From Acidobacteriota bacterium (GTDB lineage: Bacteria; Acidobacteriota; Terriglobia; Terriglobales; Acidobacteriaceae), in contig QIAJ01000084.1 in NCBI GenBank assembly GCA_003225495.1, positions 30,953 to 94,952 on the forward strand: a stretch of DNA of 64,000 nucleotides, written 5' to 3'. Numbering within the stretch: the stretch's first letter is position 1; each line of letters opens with the position of its first letter. The position numbers and the translations under genes are program-made. Shown one piece after another: positions 42,030 to 50,787 of this stretch. Under the pieces are notes generated by a model. That model was not told the DNA's origin. It searched no databases and saw only the letters and a program-made list of their open reading frames with translations.

Positions 42030-43331
42030 TCAGCGCGTCAGCAGCATCACCGTTTCGATATGGAATGTTTGGGGGAACATATCGAACAAGTGTGCCTCTT
42101 CGATGCGATACCCGGCTGTCAGCAAGGGGGCGAGATCCCGCGCCAGCGTAGCCGGATCGCACGAGACGTACCGGACGCGCTGCGCCCCGAGTTCTACCAG
42201 TGAGCGGGTGACTGCCTTCCCCACTCCGGCGCGGGGAGGGTCCAGGACGACCAAGTCAGGACGTTTTCGCGCCGGCCACTTTTGCAGGTAGTCCTCAGTG
42301 CGTGCACGGACCGCCTTCACGTTCGCTGCGCTATTGTTGACCAGGTCGCCATACGAAGTCTGTGACGCCTCTACAGCAAATATGTGATGAAAACTCTTGG
42401 CCAGATTGGCTGAGAACAGCCCGCCTCCCGCATACAGATCGAGCCCCAGTTCTCCACCAGCGTCGTCCGTCACCGTCGAAACCAGTTCTTCCAGCAGGTG
42501 ACGGTTCACCTGAAAAAACGCCCCCGCACTGACTCGATACTTCATATCTCCCACCGCATAAATGACTTCCGATTCTCCGGACTGAACCAGCGCCTTCTGA
42601 TCCGCCGCCTCGTCCTCCTCCGACTTTCGACGGGTCGGGAAAAAAGATAGCCCCTTAATCGCCGGAACCACCCGTCGGAGCCCATCCGCCCAACGCCTCA
42701 GACCTTCCCGGTCCGAGTCTCTTTCGCAGAAAGCCCACGCCAGCAATCTTTCATCCGCGGCATCCGCGAACAGTTCTATCTCCGCCACCTCCGCCGGACA
42801 ATCGCACCCTTTCAACTCCAGCAATCTGGCCATCACCCGGTTAATCAGCGGCGAGCTGATTGGACACTCCTGCACCCCGAGAAACTCATGCGAACCGAAG
42901 CGGTAGTACCCTAACGCAAACTCCGGCGTCGTCTGCACCCGCAGCCGTGTCCGGTTGCGATAATTCCATGGCTCGGACGGATGAATCTGGATCTCCGCCT
43001 TCAACTCAATCTTCGCAATCCTCTGTAGCGTCTCCCTCAGAATTCCCGCTTTGTACTCCAGTTGCCTTTCATAGGGAATGTGCTGGTACTGGCATCCGCC
43101 GCACTTCTGAAAATATGGACAAGCCGCTTCCACTCGCTCCGCCGACCGCTCCACCAATTTCGAAACCGTCGCCCTGGCAAATCCAGTCTTCGCCGACGCA
43201 ATCTCCGCCTCGACCCTCTCTCCCGGCAGCACGAATGGCACGAACACGGCCATGCTCCGCCCCTCAGCATCCACCGCCGTCCGAGCCAGCCCATCTCCGC
43301 CGTAAATCAATTTTTCAATAGTAAAAAGCAT
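42030..43331 (-). CDS. rlmD: 23S rRNA (uracil-C5)-methyltransferase RlmD/RumA family
   Basis: TRAM-like N-terminus, Fe-S cysteines CPYFQKCGGCQYQH, SAM motif LDLYAGGG and catalytic VSCDPATLARD. Confidence 0.9.
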   Translation of the reverse strand: MLFTIEKLIYGGDGLARTAVDAEGRSMAVFVPFVLPGERVEAEIASAKTGFARATVSKLVERSAERVEAACPYFQKCGGCQYQHIPYERQLEYKAGILRETLQRIAKIELKAEIQIHPSEPWNYRNRTRLRVQTTPEFALGYYRFGSHEFLGVQECPISSPLINRVMARLLELKGCDCPAEVAEIELFADAADERLLAWAFCERDSDREGLRRWADGLRRVVPAIKGLSFFPTRRKSEEDEAADQKALVQSGESEVIYAVGDMKYRVSAGAFFQVNRHLLEELVSTVTDDAGGELGLDLYAGGGLFSANLAKSFHHIFAVEASQTSYGDLVNNSAANVKAVRARTEDYLQKWPARKRPDLVVLDPPRAGVGKAVTRSLVELGAQRVRYVSCDPATLARDLAPLLTAGYRIEEAHLFDMFPQTFHIETVMLLTR

Positions 43332-43343
43332 GAGTCAGTGTAC

Positions 43344-43363
43344 GTCGGACAATCTTGTCCGAC
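43344..43363. other. perfect hairpin GTCGGACA-ATCT-TGTCCGAC
   Basis: 8-bp stem lying 13 nt upstream of the rlmD start. No T-tract on either strand. Confidence 0.6.
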
Positions 43364-43366
43364 GCC

Positions 43367-43456
43367 GTTGGTGTTGCAGTGGAAGTTGGTGTTGTAGTGG
43401 AAGTTGGTGTTGCAGTGGAATTTGTTGTTGCACCTGAAGTTGAAGTTGGTTTTGAC
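43367..43456. repeat. 18-bp tandem repeat (GTTGGTGTTGCAGTGGAA), 3 near-perfect plus 2 degenerate units
   Basis: Units at 43367, 43385 (1 mismatch) and 43403 (perfect), then degenerate units at 43421 and 43439. The region is intergenic. Confidence 0.9.
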
Positions 43457-43487
43457 CTTGCCAGCATGGCAAAGATTCCCCAACTCC

Positions 43488-44324
43488 CTAGTGCATATAA
43501 AACAAACTAAGCCGAGGTACTCCGCATCGTTCCAGCAGCCGCTTATGAACATACTGTTTATGTAACTGCTCGACCTGTGCCGCGGTCATATTCCTCCGGT
43601 ACGGAGCCAAATCCCGATCCGCCTCCGCGCGCACCGCCACCAGTTCCGAATCCGCCGTCACCGCCAACAGAGCCGCAAACAGTTTCTCTTCCATCACTGT
43701 TAAGCGCCGCTCCAGATCCTCCAGCCTCGGCAACTTCGTCTCCACGTCCTCCGCGATCTCCCGTAAAGCTCTCGCGTTCTCTCTTGCCAGCGCTCCAGTC
43801 GCGAACCCTTCCCGCTCCGGCAGCTGCGCCTTCTCCAACCGTTCCGCATTTCCACGCAGGAATGTCGCGATCTCGGCAGCGTCAAATCCCGCCGCCTTCT
43901 CCCCCTGAGCATTTCCCCCCGTCCCCACCGCCGCTTCCTTCATGTCCTCGGCAGCAGTGAGCACCGCCTGTGCGCAATACGCCAGGCTATTCACCTTCTT
44001 CGATTTCGTCGGACGCTGATCATACTTATCAAACGCTTCATCAATTCCACGTAGCACCGCCTCCAGCGGAATTCCCGCACCCTTCCAGGTCTCGATCAGA
44101 GCCCAGTCCAGCGTAGACAGGAGCAGGATCGTTCCCCGCCTCCGCTGAAAGTGCTCCTCGATTTCCGTGAAGTAATTGAAATAGTTTTCCAAGATAGCCC
44201 AGACACAATTCGTAGCGGAGGCCACGCCGACACAGACTGGGAACAACCCACGATGTTCGGATCCGTTCACAAACAACGCCGATCGGTCGCCGAACACTGC
44301 ACGATTCTGACCCGGCATTGACAA
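43488..44324 (-). CDS. conserved-looking hypothetical protein with coiled-coil C-terminal half
   Basis: ILENYFNYFTEIEEHFQRRRG..LDWALIETWKGAGIPLEAVLRGID.. and C-terminal GVPRLSLFYMH. The start is uncertain. Confidence 0.5.
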   Translation of the reverse strand: MSMPGQNRAVFGDRSALFVNGSEHRGLFPVCVGVASATNCVWAILENYFNYFTEIEEHFQRRRGTILLLSTLDWALIETWKGAGIPLEAVLRGIDEAFDKYDQRPTKSKKVNSLAYCAQAVLTAAEDMKEAAVGTGGNAQGEKAAGFDAAEIATFLRGNAERLEKAQLPEREGFATGALARENARALREIAEDVETKLPRLEDLERRLTVMEEKLFAALLAVTADSELVAVRAEADRDLAPYRRNMTAAQVEQLHKQYVHKRLLERCGVPRLSLFYMH

Positions 44325-44436
44325 TGCTCCGATTTCTATCGGAGCGTCGCTTCAACCGTGCCGTATCGCAGCAGGACGAGCACTGGCTTCAGCCGCTGTC
44401 GGCCAGGACCAAGAACGTCGGCGGCGCCGTGGAAGA

Positions 44437-44488
44437 GCGGCCCTTCAGGGCCGCGTAAGCCATGAAACTACGATGGGGCTTTAGCCCC
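44437..44488. repeat. REP-like element, family B, copy
   Basis: GCGGCCC-TTCA-GGGCCGC, then GTAAGCCATGAAACTACGAT, then GGGGC-TTTA-GCCCC. Confidence 0.7.
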
Positions 44489-44495
44489 CGCCAAC

Positions 44496-45395
44496 TCACC
44501 GCCCCTTTGATCCCTTCGGCGAAGGCCACGGCTTCGCCCCGACCACCGGCTTTGCCGTCGTCTTGCTTTTCGCGCCCGCATCCCGCGGCAGATTCCTCTC
44601 CCAAATGATGCGCAGCCCTTCCAGCGTCAGAAACTCATCCACCTCTTTAATGAAATGCGACGCCGTCCCGATCAGCGTTCCCAGCCCGCCAGTGGCAATT
44701 ACGCGAGTCTCTTCGCCCATCTCATCGCGGAGCCGTTCAAGAATCCCATCCACCAGTCCCAGATATCCGTAATACAGCCCTGACTGCAAACTGGCCACGG
44801 TATTCGTTCCGATCACCCGTGGTGGTTTGCGGATCTCCACTCGCGGCAACCGCGCCGTCCGCTGAAAGAGCGCGTCCGCCGAAACTCCGATCCCCGGACA
44901 AATCACGCCCCCCATGTACTCGCCTTTTTTCGAGACGCAATCAAAAGTTGTCGCCGTGCCAAAATCCACGATCACGCAAGGGCCACCATACTTTTCGAAC
45001 GCCGCAACGCCATTCACGATCCTGTCCGCGCCGACTTCAGCCGGATTTTCGTACAGCACCGGCATCCCGGTCTTAACGCCCGGCTCGATAAACAGCGGCT
45101 TTGTTTTGAAGTAGCGTTCGCAAACCTGCCGGAGTACCGCATCCAGGGGCGGCACGACCGAAGAAATCACTATCCCATGCACGCCTGAGACTTCCAGATT
45201 TTCCATCGAGAACAGGTTGCGGAAGATGACTCCATACTCGTCCACCGTCCGCGCCAGGTGCGAACCCACCCGCCAGTTGGCCGCGAGTCGCCCATAACGC
45301 GCCGCGCCATCGGACGAATCGTCCGCCTGCACTTCCGCCCGGGCAAATACTCCCAGCACCGTATTAGTATTTCCAACATCAATGACGAGGAGCAT
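44496..45395 (-). CDS. coaX: type III pantothenate kinase
   Basis: MLLVIDVGNTNTVLGVF, plus DFGTATTFD and GG-rich actin-fold motifs. It has a basic C-terminal extension of about 35 aa. Confidence 0.92.
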   Translation of the reverse strand: MLLVIDVGNTNTVLGVFARAEVQADDSSDGAARYGRLAANWRVGSHLARTVDEYGVIFRNLFSMENLEVSGVHGIVISSVVPPLDAVLRQVCERYFKTKPLFIEPGVKTGMPVLYENPAEVGADRIVNGVAAFEKYGGPCVIVDFGTATTFDCVSKKGEYMGGVICPGIGVSADALFQRTARLPRVEIRKPPRVIGTNTVASLQSGLYYGYLGLVDGILERLRDEMGEETRVIATGGLGTLIGTASHFIKEVDEFLTLEGLRIIWERNLPRDAGAKSKTTAKPVVGAKPWPSPKGSKGR

Positions 45396-45461
45396 AGAAA
45401 ATCCCGACCACAATCATCCACCAACGACTATCACCTACAGACTCTTGGCTTCAGCCCCCAC

Positions 45462-46463
45462 TCATTCTTGAATCACCGTCCCACTAAATACCGTTCGTAA
45501 CCCTGCCGCCGTTCTGACCCGCAAGAACCCGTTAGCATCCAGACCTTCGGTGATACCCTCGGTTCCGCCGTTCTCTTCTACCCGCACTCTCCGGCCGCAC
45601 GTAGATGACGAGTGCTCCTGAAACCGCCGCAGAATCGCATCCCGCGCATCAGCATCTTCCAGCAAACATCGATACTCGCGGTCGAGCGATTTTAACAAAG
45701 CCGCGCATAACTCCACTCGCGACCATTCCGTCCCAGTTTCGCTCTTCAGCGATGTGGCAATCTCACGCAATTCCGCCGGAAATTTGCTCTGGTTGACATT
45801 GATCCCAACACCAACCACCAGATGCCGCACTCGCGTTGCCTCGGAATTCATCTCCGTCAGGATCCCGCAGAACTTTTTGCCGTTCAACAGCAAGTCATTC
45901 GGCCATTTCAAGTCACAACGCAGTCCCGGAAACGTCTCCAGCACCGCCGCATGCACCGCCAATCCAGCCGCCAGCGAAAATATCAGCGCCTCAGACGGCG
46001 GCATCGCAGGACGAAACACCGCTGAACAATAAATTCCCGCCGAGCGCGCCGAATGCCATTTGTGCGCCCCCCGCCCGCGCCCCGCAAGCTGTTCCTCCGC
46101 CAGGAACACGCTGCCCTCGGGAGCCCCCTCACCCGCCGCCCGCATCGCCTCTGTGTTGGTCGATCCGATCTTGTAATAATGATGAAGATTTTTCGCGAAA
46201 ATAGTGCCCTTCACCAGCGGCGCCAGAATTTCCGGCAAAAGCAAATCGGGAACCGCCCGCAACTGGTACCCCGTCGCCGGATGCCCCGCGACATCGACCC
46301 CTAACCCGCGTAGCTGTTGAATCAGCCGCCACACCTCCGACCGGCTGGTTCCAATCTCCTCCGCAATCTTCGTCCCGCTAGCCACCACCGTCGCGTGCCC
46401 AGTCAGCAACCGCACAATGCTACCCAGACGCGCATCCGTGCGCGTAGAAGCAGTAACCTTCAT
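45462..46463 (-). CDS. birA: bifunctional biotin--[acetyl-CoA-carboxylase] ligase / repressor
   Basis: N-terminal wHTH (SGTKIAEEIGTSRSEVWRLIQQLR) and GRGRGAHKWHS motif. It forms the classic birA-coaX pair. Confidence 0.92.
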   Translation of the reverse strand: MKVTASTRTDARLGSIVRLLTGHATVVASGTKIAEEIGTSRSEVWRLIQQLRGLGVDVAGHPATGYQLRAVPDLLLPEILAPLVKGTIFAKNLHHYYKIGSTNTEAMRAAGEGAPEGSVFLAEEQLAGRGRGAHKWHSARSAGIYCSAVFRPAMPPSEALIFSLAAGLAVHAAVLETFPGLRCDLKWPNDLLLNGKKFCGILTEMNSEATRVRHLVVGVGINVNQSKFPAELREIATSLKSETGTEWSRVELCAALLKSLDREYRCLLEDADARDAILRRFQEHSSSTCGRRVRVEENGGTEGITEGLDANGFLRVRTAAGLRTVFSGTVIQE

Positions 46464-46584
46464 TCGGGATTTTGCTTTGCTTAGAATGCGGAAATTATAG
46501 CGGAGAGGAAGAAAGACGTTCTCCCTTCGGCAGCTAGCATTCGCTAACTAATGTTTGGGTGGATGAGGGGGTTTGAATGGCAGA

Positions 46585-46633
46585 GCCGGCCTTCAGGCCG
46601 GCGTATAAGCAAAATATTGATGGGCTTTAGCCC
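46585..46633. repeat. REP-like element, family B, copy
   Basis: GCCGGCC-TTCA-GGCCGGC, then GTATAAGCAAAATATTGAT, then GGGC-TTTA-GCCC. Confidence 0.7.
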
Positions 46634-46713
46634 AGAGCACCCTACCAGGCGCGAACCTTTCCGCGAAAGGCCCTCCTGCTTGACCAGAGACTCGCGAACG
46701 ACCAGCGATGCCC

Positions 46714-47592
46714 CTACGCCGGCACTACCCTCATACTCATATCCACCGCCAAGGACGAATGGGTCAGCGCCCCCACCGAAATAAAATCAACGCCCGTCTC
46801 CGCGTAAGCCCGCACGTTCTCCAGACTGATCCCGCCCGAGCATTCGAGCGGAGGCCGCTTGCTAAGCCCCGAGCAGATCTTGATCGCCTCACGCACAGCG
46901 TCAGGACTCAGGTTGTCCAGCAGGATCGCCTCCGCTCCGTGGTCGAGCGCCTGCCGCATCTCCTCCAGCGACCGCACTTCAATCTCGATCGGCTGATTGC
47001 CGCGCCGGTTGCGCAAGGCACGCTCCAGCGCCGTAGCAGCGCCGCCCGCCAAGGCGATGTGATTGTTCTTGATCAGCACCCCATCCGACAGGTCGAGACG
47101 GTGGTTCTGTCCGCCCCCGCACCGCACTGCATACTTATCAATCACGCGCAACCCTGGAATCGTTTTCCGCGTGTCCAGAATCCGCGCCCTCGTCCCCGCC
47201 ACCGCATCCACGAACTTGCGTGTGATGGTCGCCACCCCGCTCATGCGTTGCAGGAAATTCAAAATCACGCGCTCACAGGACAGAATCACACGCGCATTGT
47301 GCGTGATTACCGCGATCTGCTGTCCGCTGTGCAAACGGATGCCGTCAAAAATCGACGGATGGCTCGTAACCTCATAGTGCGAAGTGACCGCTCCATCGAG
47401 CGTCGCATACGCCTCGAGAATCCGCGGAACACATCCTAGTCCCGCCAAAATGCATTCCTGCTTGGCAATAATCGTGGCCGCCGCCCGCTGGCCCGGATCG
47501 ATGCATGCATAGCTCGTCGCATCGAGCGTAGCCCGATCCTCATTCAGCGCATTCTCGATAATCGCCGTAAGCCGTCTTGAATTCCAATCCAT
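46714..47592 (-). CDS. nadC: nicotinate-nucleotide pyrophosphorylase (carboxylating)
   Basis: 292 aa of full-length QPRTase-like sequence (..ILDTRKT.PGLR...KYAV..GGG.NHR..L.D..LIKDNH..). Confidence 0.92.
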   Translation of the reverse strand: MDWNSRRLTAIIENALNEDRATLDATSYACIDPGQRAAATIIAKQECILAGLGCVPRILEAYATLDGAVTSHYEVTSHPSIFDGIRLHSGQQIAVITHNARVILSCERVILNFLQRMSGVATITRKFVDAVAGTRARILDTRKTIPGLRVIDKYAVRCGGGQNHRLDLSDGVLIKNNHIALAGGAATALERALRNRRGNQPIEIEVRSLEEMRQALDHGAEAILLDNLSPDAVREAIKICSGLSKRPPLECSGGISLENVRAYAETGVDFISVGALTHSSLAVDMSMRVVPA

Positions 47593-47597
47593 GTTCG

Positions 47598-47641
47598 TGT
47601 GGTGACGGGTCTCTGACCCGTCCAGGCGGGCTCAAGCCCGC
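47598..47641. repeat. REP-like element, family A, copy 2 (two hairpins)
   Basis: TGTGGTGACGGGTCTCTGACCCGTCCAG differs from the family 28-mer at 2 positions. It is followed by GCGGGC-TCAA-GCCCGC. It lies between the nadC start and the valS stop. Confidence 0.8.
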
Positions 47642-47651
47642 AGCCCTGCTC

Positions 47652-50390
47652 CTAACCCAGCTCCTTCATCTTAGAAACCGTCTTCTCCCTCAACACTCTC
47701 AACTCTTCTGCTCTCCGCCTCAACCCTTCCACCACGCTCGCAGGCGCCTTCGCCAGAAATTGTTCATTGCCCAACTGCCGCTGCCCATTGGCAATTTCCT
47801 TCTCCATCTTCTCCAGTTCTTTAGTTAGACGCTCGCACTCGGCCGATACGTCAATCTTCTTTTCATATATCACGAGGACATCAAATCGCGCAGTGCTCCG
47901 CGCCCCTGCTCGATTCGCCAGCGACCTTTCAACGAACTTGATCGACTCCACGCCCGCTAGCCGCTCCACCGCGCTCCGGTTCTGCTCGATCATCGATCGG
48001 ATCTCCCGCTCCTGCGCGAACACCTCGACCGGCACCTTGACCTTCGGCTCCACCTTCAACTCTGCCCGCACATTCCGCACGCTCGCGATCAGATCCTTCA
48101 ACACCGCCATCTCCGTCTCCGCCCCGAGATCGATCTGCGATTCGTCCGCCGCCGGATACGCTGCCAGCGCAATCGATTTCACCGGAGGCTTGCCGTCGTA
48201 CATCGCCTGCCAGATCTCCTCCGTGATGAACGGCATCACCGGATGCAGCAGCCGCAACGAAGCCTCAAACAGTCCTGCCAGATTCTCGCAAGCCAGCTTC
48301 GCAGTCTCCGGACTCGCCGTCTCCATCAACCGCGGCTTGATCAATTCAATGTACCAATCGCAAAACTCGCCCCAGAAAACATCGTAAATCCGATTCGCCG
48401 CCTCATGAAACCGGTAAGTCCGAAGCGCCTCATTGACTTCCGCAGTCACCCTGTTGAATCGCGAAGCAATCCAACGATCCTCAAGAGCGTCCATGTAGGG
48501 ACGGGTCTCTGACCCGTCCAGGACAGGTCGAAGACCTGTCCCCAGCCGATCCACGTTCATGAACATGAACCGCGCCGCGTTCCATATCTTGTTAGCGAAC
48601 GCCCGATATCCATCGGTCCGGCTCTCATTGAATGCAATATCCGTCCCCGGCGCCGCCATCGCTGCCAGCGTAAACCGCGTCGCGTCCGTCCCGAACCGTT
48701 CAATAATTTCCAGCGGATCGATCACATTCCCCTTGGTCTTCGACATCTTCTGCCGATCTGCGTCCCGCACCAGTGCGTGGATATAAACCTCGCGGAACGG
48801 CACGCTGTCATTCTTCTTCTCCGCCCACCCGCTCGCCTTCTTGATCGCCGGATCCTGTTCGTGCCCCTCCATAAAATGGCAGCCAAACATGATCATGCGC
48901 GCCACCCAGAAGAATAGGATCTCGTAAGCCGTAATCAGCAGCGTAGTCGGATAAAAAACTTCCTGATCTCGCGTCTTTTCCGGCCACCCCAAAGTCGTAA
49001 ACGGCAGCAGCCCCGACGAAAACCACGTGTCGAGCACATCCGTGACCTGCTCCAGCTTCGCTCCTCCGCACTTCGGACACTTCACCGGGGCTTCGCGCGC
49101 GACCGTAACTTCCTTGCACGCATCGCAGGTCCACGCCGGAATCCGATGCCCCCACCACAACTGTCGCGACACGCACCAGTCATGGATGTTATTCATCCAG
49201 TTCAAATAAATCTGCCGGTAGTTATCCGGCGTGATCGTGATCTCGCCCGATTCCACCGCCGCAATCGCCTTCTTCGCCAGCGGCCCAATCTTCACGAACC
49301 ACTGCTCCGAAAGCCGAGGCTCCACAATCGTCCCCGACCGGTCGCACTTTCCGATCGCGATCGTGTAATCCTTCGTGCCGACCAGAAATCCCTGCGCCGT
49401 CAGATCCGCGACCACCCGCTCGCGCGCCGCAAATCTGTCCAACCCCGCATAAGCGCCCGCATTCGCGCTCATCTTGTTTTGCTCGTCAATGACTTCAATC
49501 TGCGGCAGATTGTGTCGCCGCCCCGCCTCAAAGTCATTCGGATCATGCGCCGGCGTCACCTTCACCGCGCCCGTCCCAAACTCAGGCTGCGCCAGTTCAT
49601 CCGCGATGATCGGAATCTCGCGATTCATCAGCGGCAGCAGCACCTTCTTCCCATGCAGATGCAGATACCGCTCGTCCCGCGGATTCAGCGCCACCGCCGT
49701 ATCTCCCAGCATCGTCTCCGGACGCGTAGTAGCCACGGTAATAAACTCGCTACTCCCCACCACCGGATACCGAATCTCATACAACTTCCCCTGCACATCC
49801 TCGTGCTTCACCTCGAGATCCGAGATCGCCGTCCCGCAATCGGCGCACCAGTTCACGATGTACTTCCCGCGATAAATCAACCCCTGTTCATACAGCCGGA
49901 CAAATACCTCCCGCACCGCCCGCGAAAGGTTCTCGTCCATCGTGAAGTACTCGCGCTCCCAATCAACGGACGCGCCCAGCCGCTTCATCTGATCGAGAAT
50001 CGCCCCGCCATAAAGCTTCTTCCACTCCCACACCCGCTCCACAAACTTCTCGCGCCCCATCTCCAGCCGCGACTTGCCCTCGCTGCGCAGCTGCCGATCC
50101 ACCATCATCTGCGTAGCGATCCCCGCATGATCCGTTCCCGGCAGCCACAAAGTGAGAAACCCCCGCATGCGATGCCAGCGCACGAGGATATCCATCTGCG
50201 TCTGGTTAAGCATGTGCCCCATGTGCAGCCGCCCCGTCACATTCGGAGGAGGCAAAAGCAAGGTGAACACCGGCCGAGTGTCACCAGCCGGAGGTGTATC
50301 CACATGAAACAACTTCTCGCGCACCCAGTACTCGGCCCAGCGCGCTTCAATCGCGCCCGGCTCATAAGATTTTGGCAATTCGTGCGGCAT
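47652..50390 (-). CDS. valS: valine--tRNA ligase
   Basis: Start at MPHELPKSYEPGAIEARW. HIGH-type motif (LHMGHMLN), KMSKT and a C-terminal coiled coil. 912 aa. Confidence 0.96.
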   Translation of the reverse strand: MPHELPKSYEPGAIEARWAEYWVREKLFHVDTPPAGDTRPVFTLLLPPPNVTGRLHMGHMLNQTQMDILVRWHRMRGFLTLWLPGTDHAGIATQMMVDRQLRSEGKSRLEMGREKFVERVWEWKKLYGGAILDQMKRLGASVDWEREYFTMDENLSRAVREVFVRLYEQGLIYRGKYIVNWCADCGTAISDLEVKHEDVQGKLYEIRYPVVGSSEFITVATTRPETMLGDTAVALNPRDERYLHLHGKKVLLPLMNREIPIIADELAQPEFGTGAVKVTPAHDPNDFEAGRRHNLPQIEVIDEQNKMSANAGAYAGLDRFAARERVVADLTAQGFLVGTKDYTIAIGKCDRSGTIVEPRLSEQWFVKIGPLAKKAIAAVESGEITITPDNYRQIYLNWMNNIHDWCVSRQLWWGHRIPAWTCDACKEVTVAREAPVKCPKCGGAKLEQVTDVLDTWFSSGLLPFTTLGWPEKTRDQEVFYPTTLLITAYEILFFWVARMIMFGCHFMEGHEQDPAIKKASGWAEKKNDSVPFREVYIHALVRDADRQKMSKTKGNVIDPLEIIERFGTDATRFTLAAMAAPGTDIAFNESRTDGYRAFANKIWNAARFMFMNVDRLGTGLRPVLDGSETRPYMDALEDRWIASRFNRVTAEVNEALRTYRFHEAANRIYDVFWGEFCDWYIELIKPRLMETASPETAKLACENLAGLFEASLRLLHPVMPFITEEIWQAMYDGKPPVKSIALAAYPAADESQIDLGAETEMAVLKDLIASVRNVRAELKVEPKVKVPVEVFAQEREIRSMIEQNRSAVERLAGVESIKFVERSLANRAGARSTARFDVLVIYEKKIDVSAECERLTKELEKMEKEIANGQRQLGNEQFLAKAPASVVEGLRRRAEELRVLREKTVSKMKELG
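48494..48541. repeat. REP-like element, family A, copy 3, inside the valS coding sequence
   Basis: Identical 28-mer plus a second perfect hairpin GGACAGGTC-GAA-GACCTGTCC. On the gene strand it encodes GTGLRPVLDGSETRPY in frame. Confidence 0.85.
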
Positions 50391-50405
50391 AGTTTGTCTG
50401 TGTGG

Positions 50406-50438
50406 AACCGGATCTCTGACCCGGTTGGCCTGGCCAAC
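50406..50438. repeat. degenerate family-A-like element in the valS 5' leader
   Basis: GGAACCGGATCTCTGACCCGGTTGG keeps the TCTCTGACCC core, then GTTGG-CCTGG-CCAAC. It lies 16 nt upstream of the valS ATG. Confidence 0.45.
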
Positions 50439-50787
50439 ACCCGGCTGAACAGGCGGACGAGAGACACCGCCAAGCCGTCCCACCGCGCAACCCCGGTAGC
50501 ATCGTCAGCAAAGGGATGAGCCTTCGATCTTACAGGCCCAAGAAAACAGAGGTCAAACTTAGCGCGGGAAGAGGGAAAGTGGGCATCTCAGAGCGCTTGA
50601 TTAAGTAGTAAACATAACTTCGTGCGCTGCTGGACGCTGGCGCGCGCGTGGGAGTTGAGTTCCAGTTGAGCGAGCGTGAACGTTGACGTTGGGGTGTGTT
50701 CGAGTTGACTTCGCGTTAACTTCACGCCAAGCGCCAGCACCGATTCCGTTGAAGTGGGATATTGGATCGTAGCCGAACTCCTCTCAG

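Noticed and set aside
38473-43456. Whether the 7-bp and 18-bp tandem repeats could be CRISPR arrays.
   Set aside because: The units are directly adjacent with no spacers, the unit lengths are too short, and there are no cas genes in the window.
43307-43552. 81-aa minus-strand ORF with repeated FHCNTN / FHYNTN peptide.
   Set aside because: It is the conceptual translation of the 18-bp tandem DNA repeat. It overlaps the end of the upstream gene and lacks a start context.
49146-50519. 457-aa ORF on the + strand, very rich in Arg, Pro and His.
   Set aside because: It lies entirely antisense to valS, which has unmistakable synthetase motifs. Its composition is typical of shadow frames in GC-rich genes. 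The same reasoning applies to 5085..5978 (antisense to glyA), 21111..22148 (antisense to ilvB), 6145..7002 (antisense to the SDR), 37601..38404 and 46708..47439.
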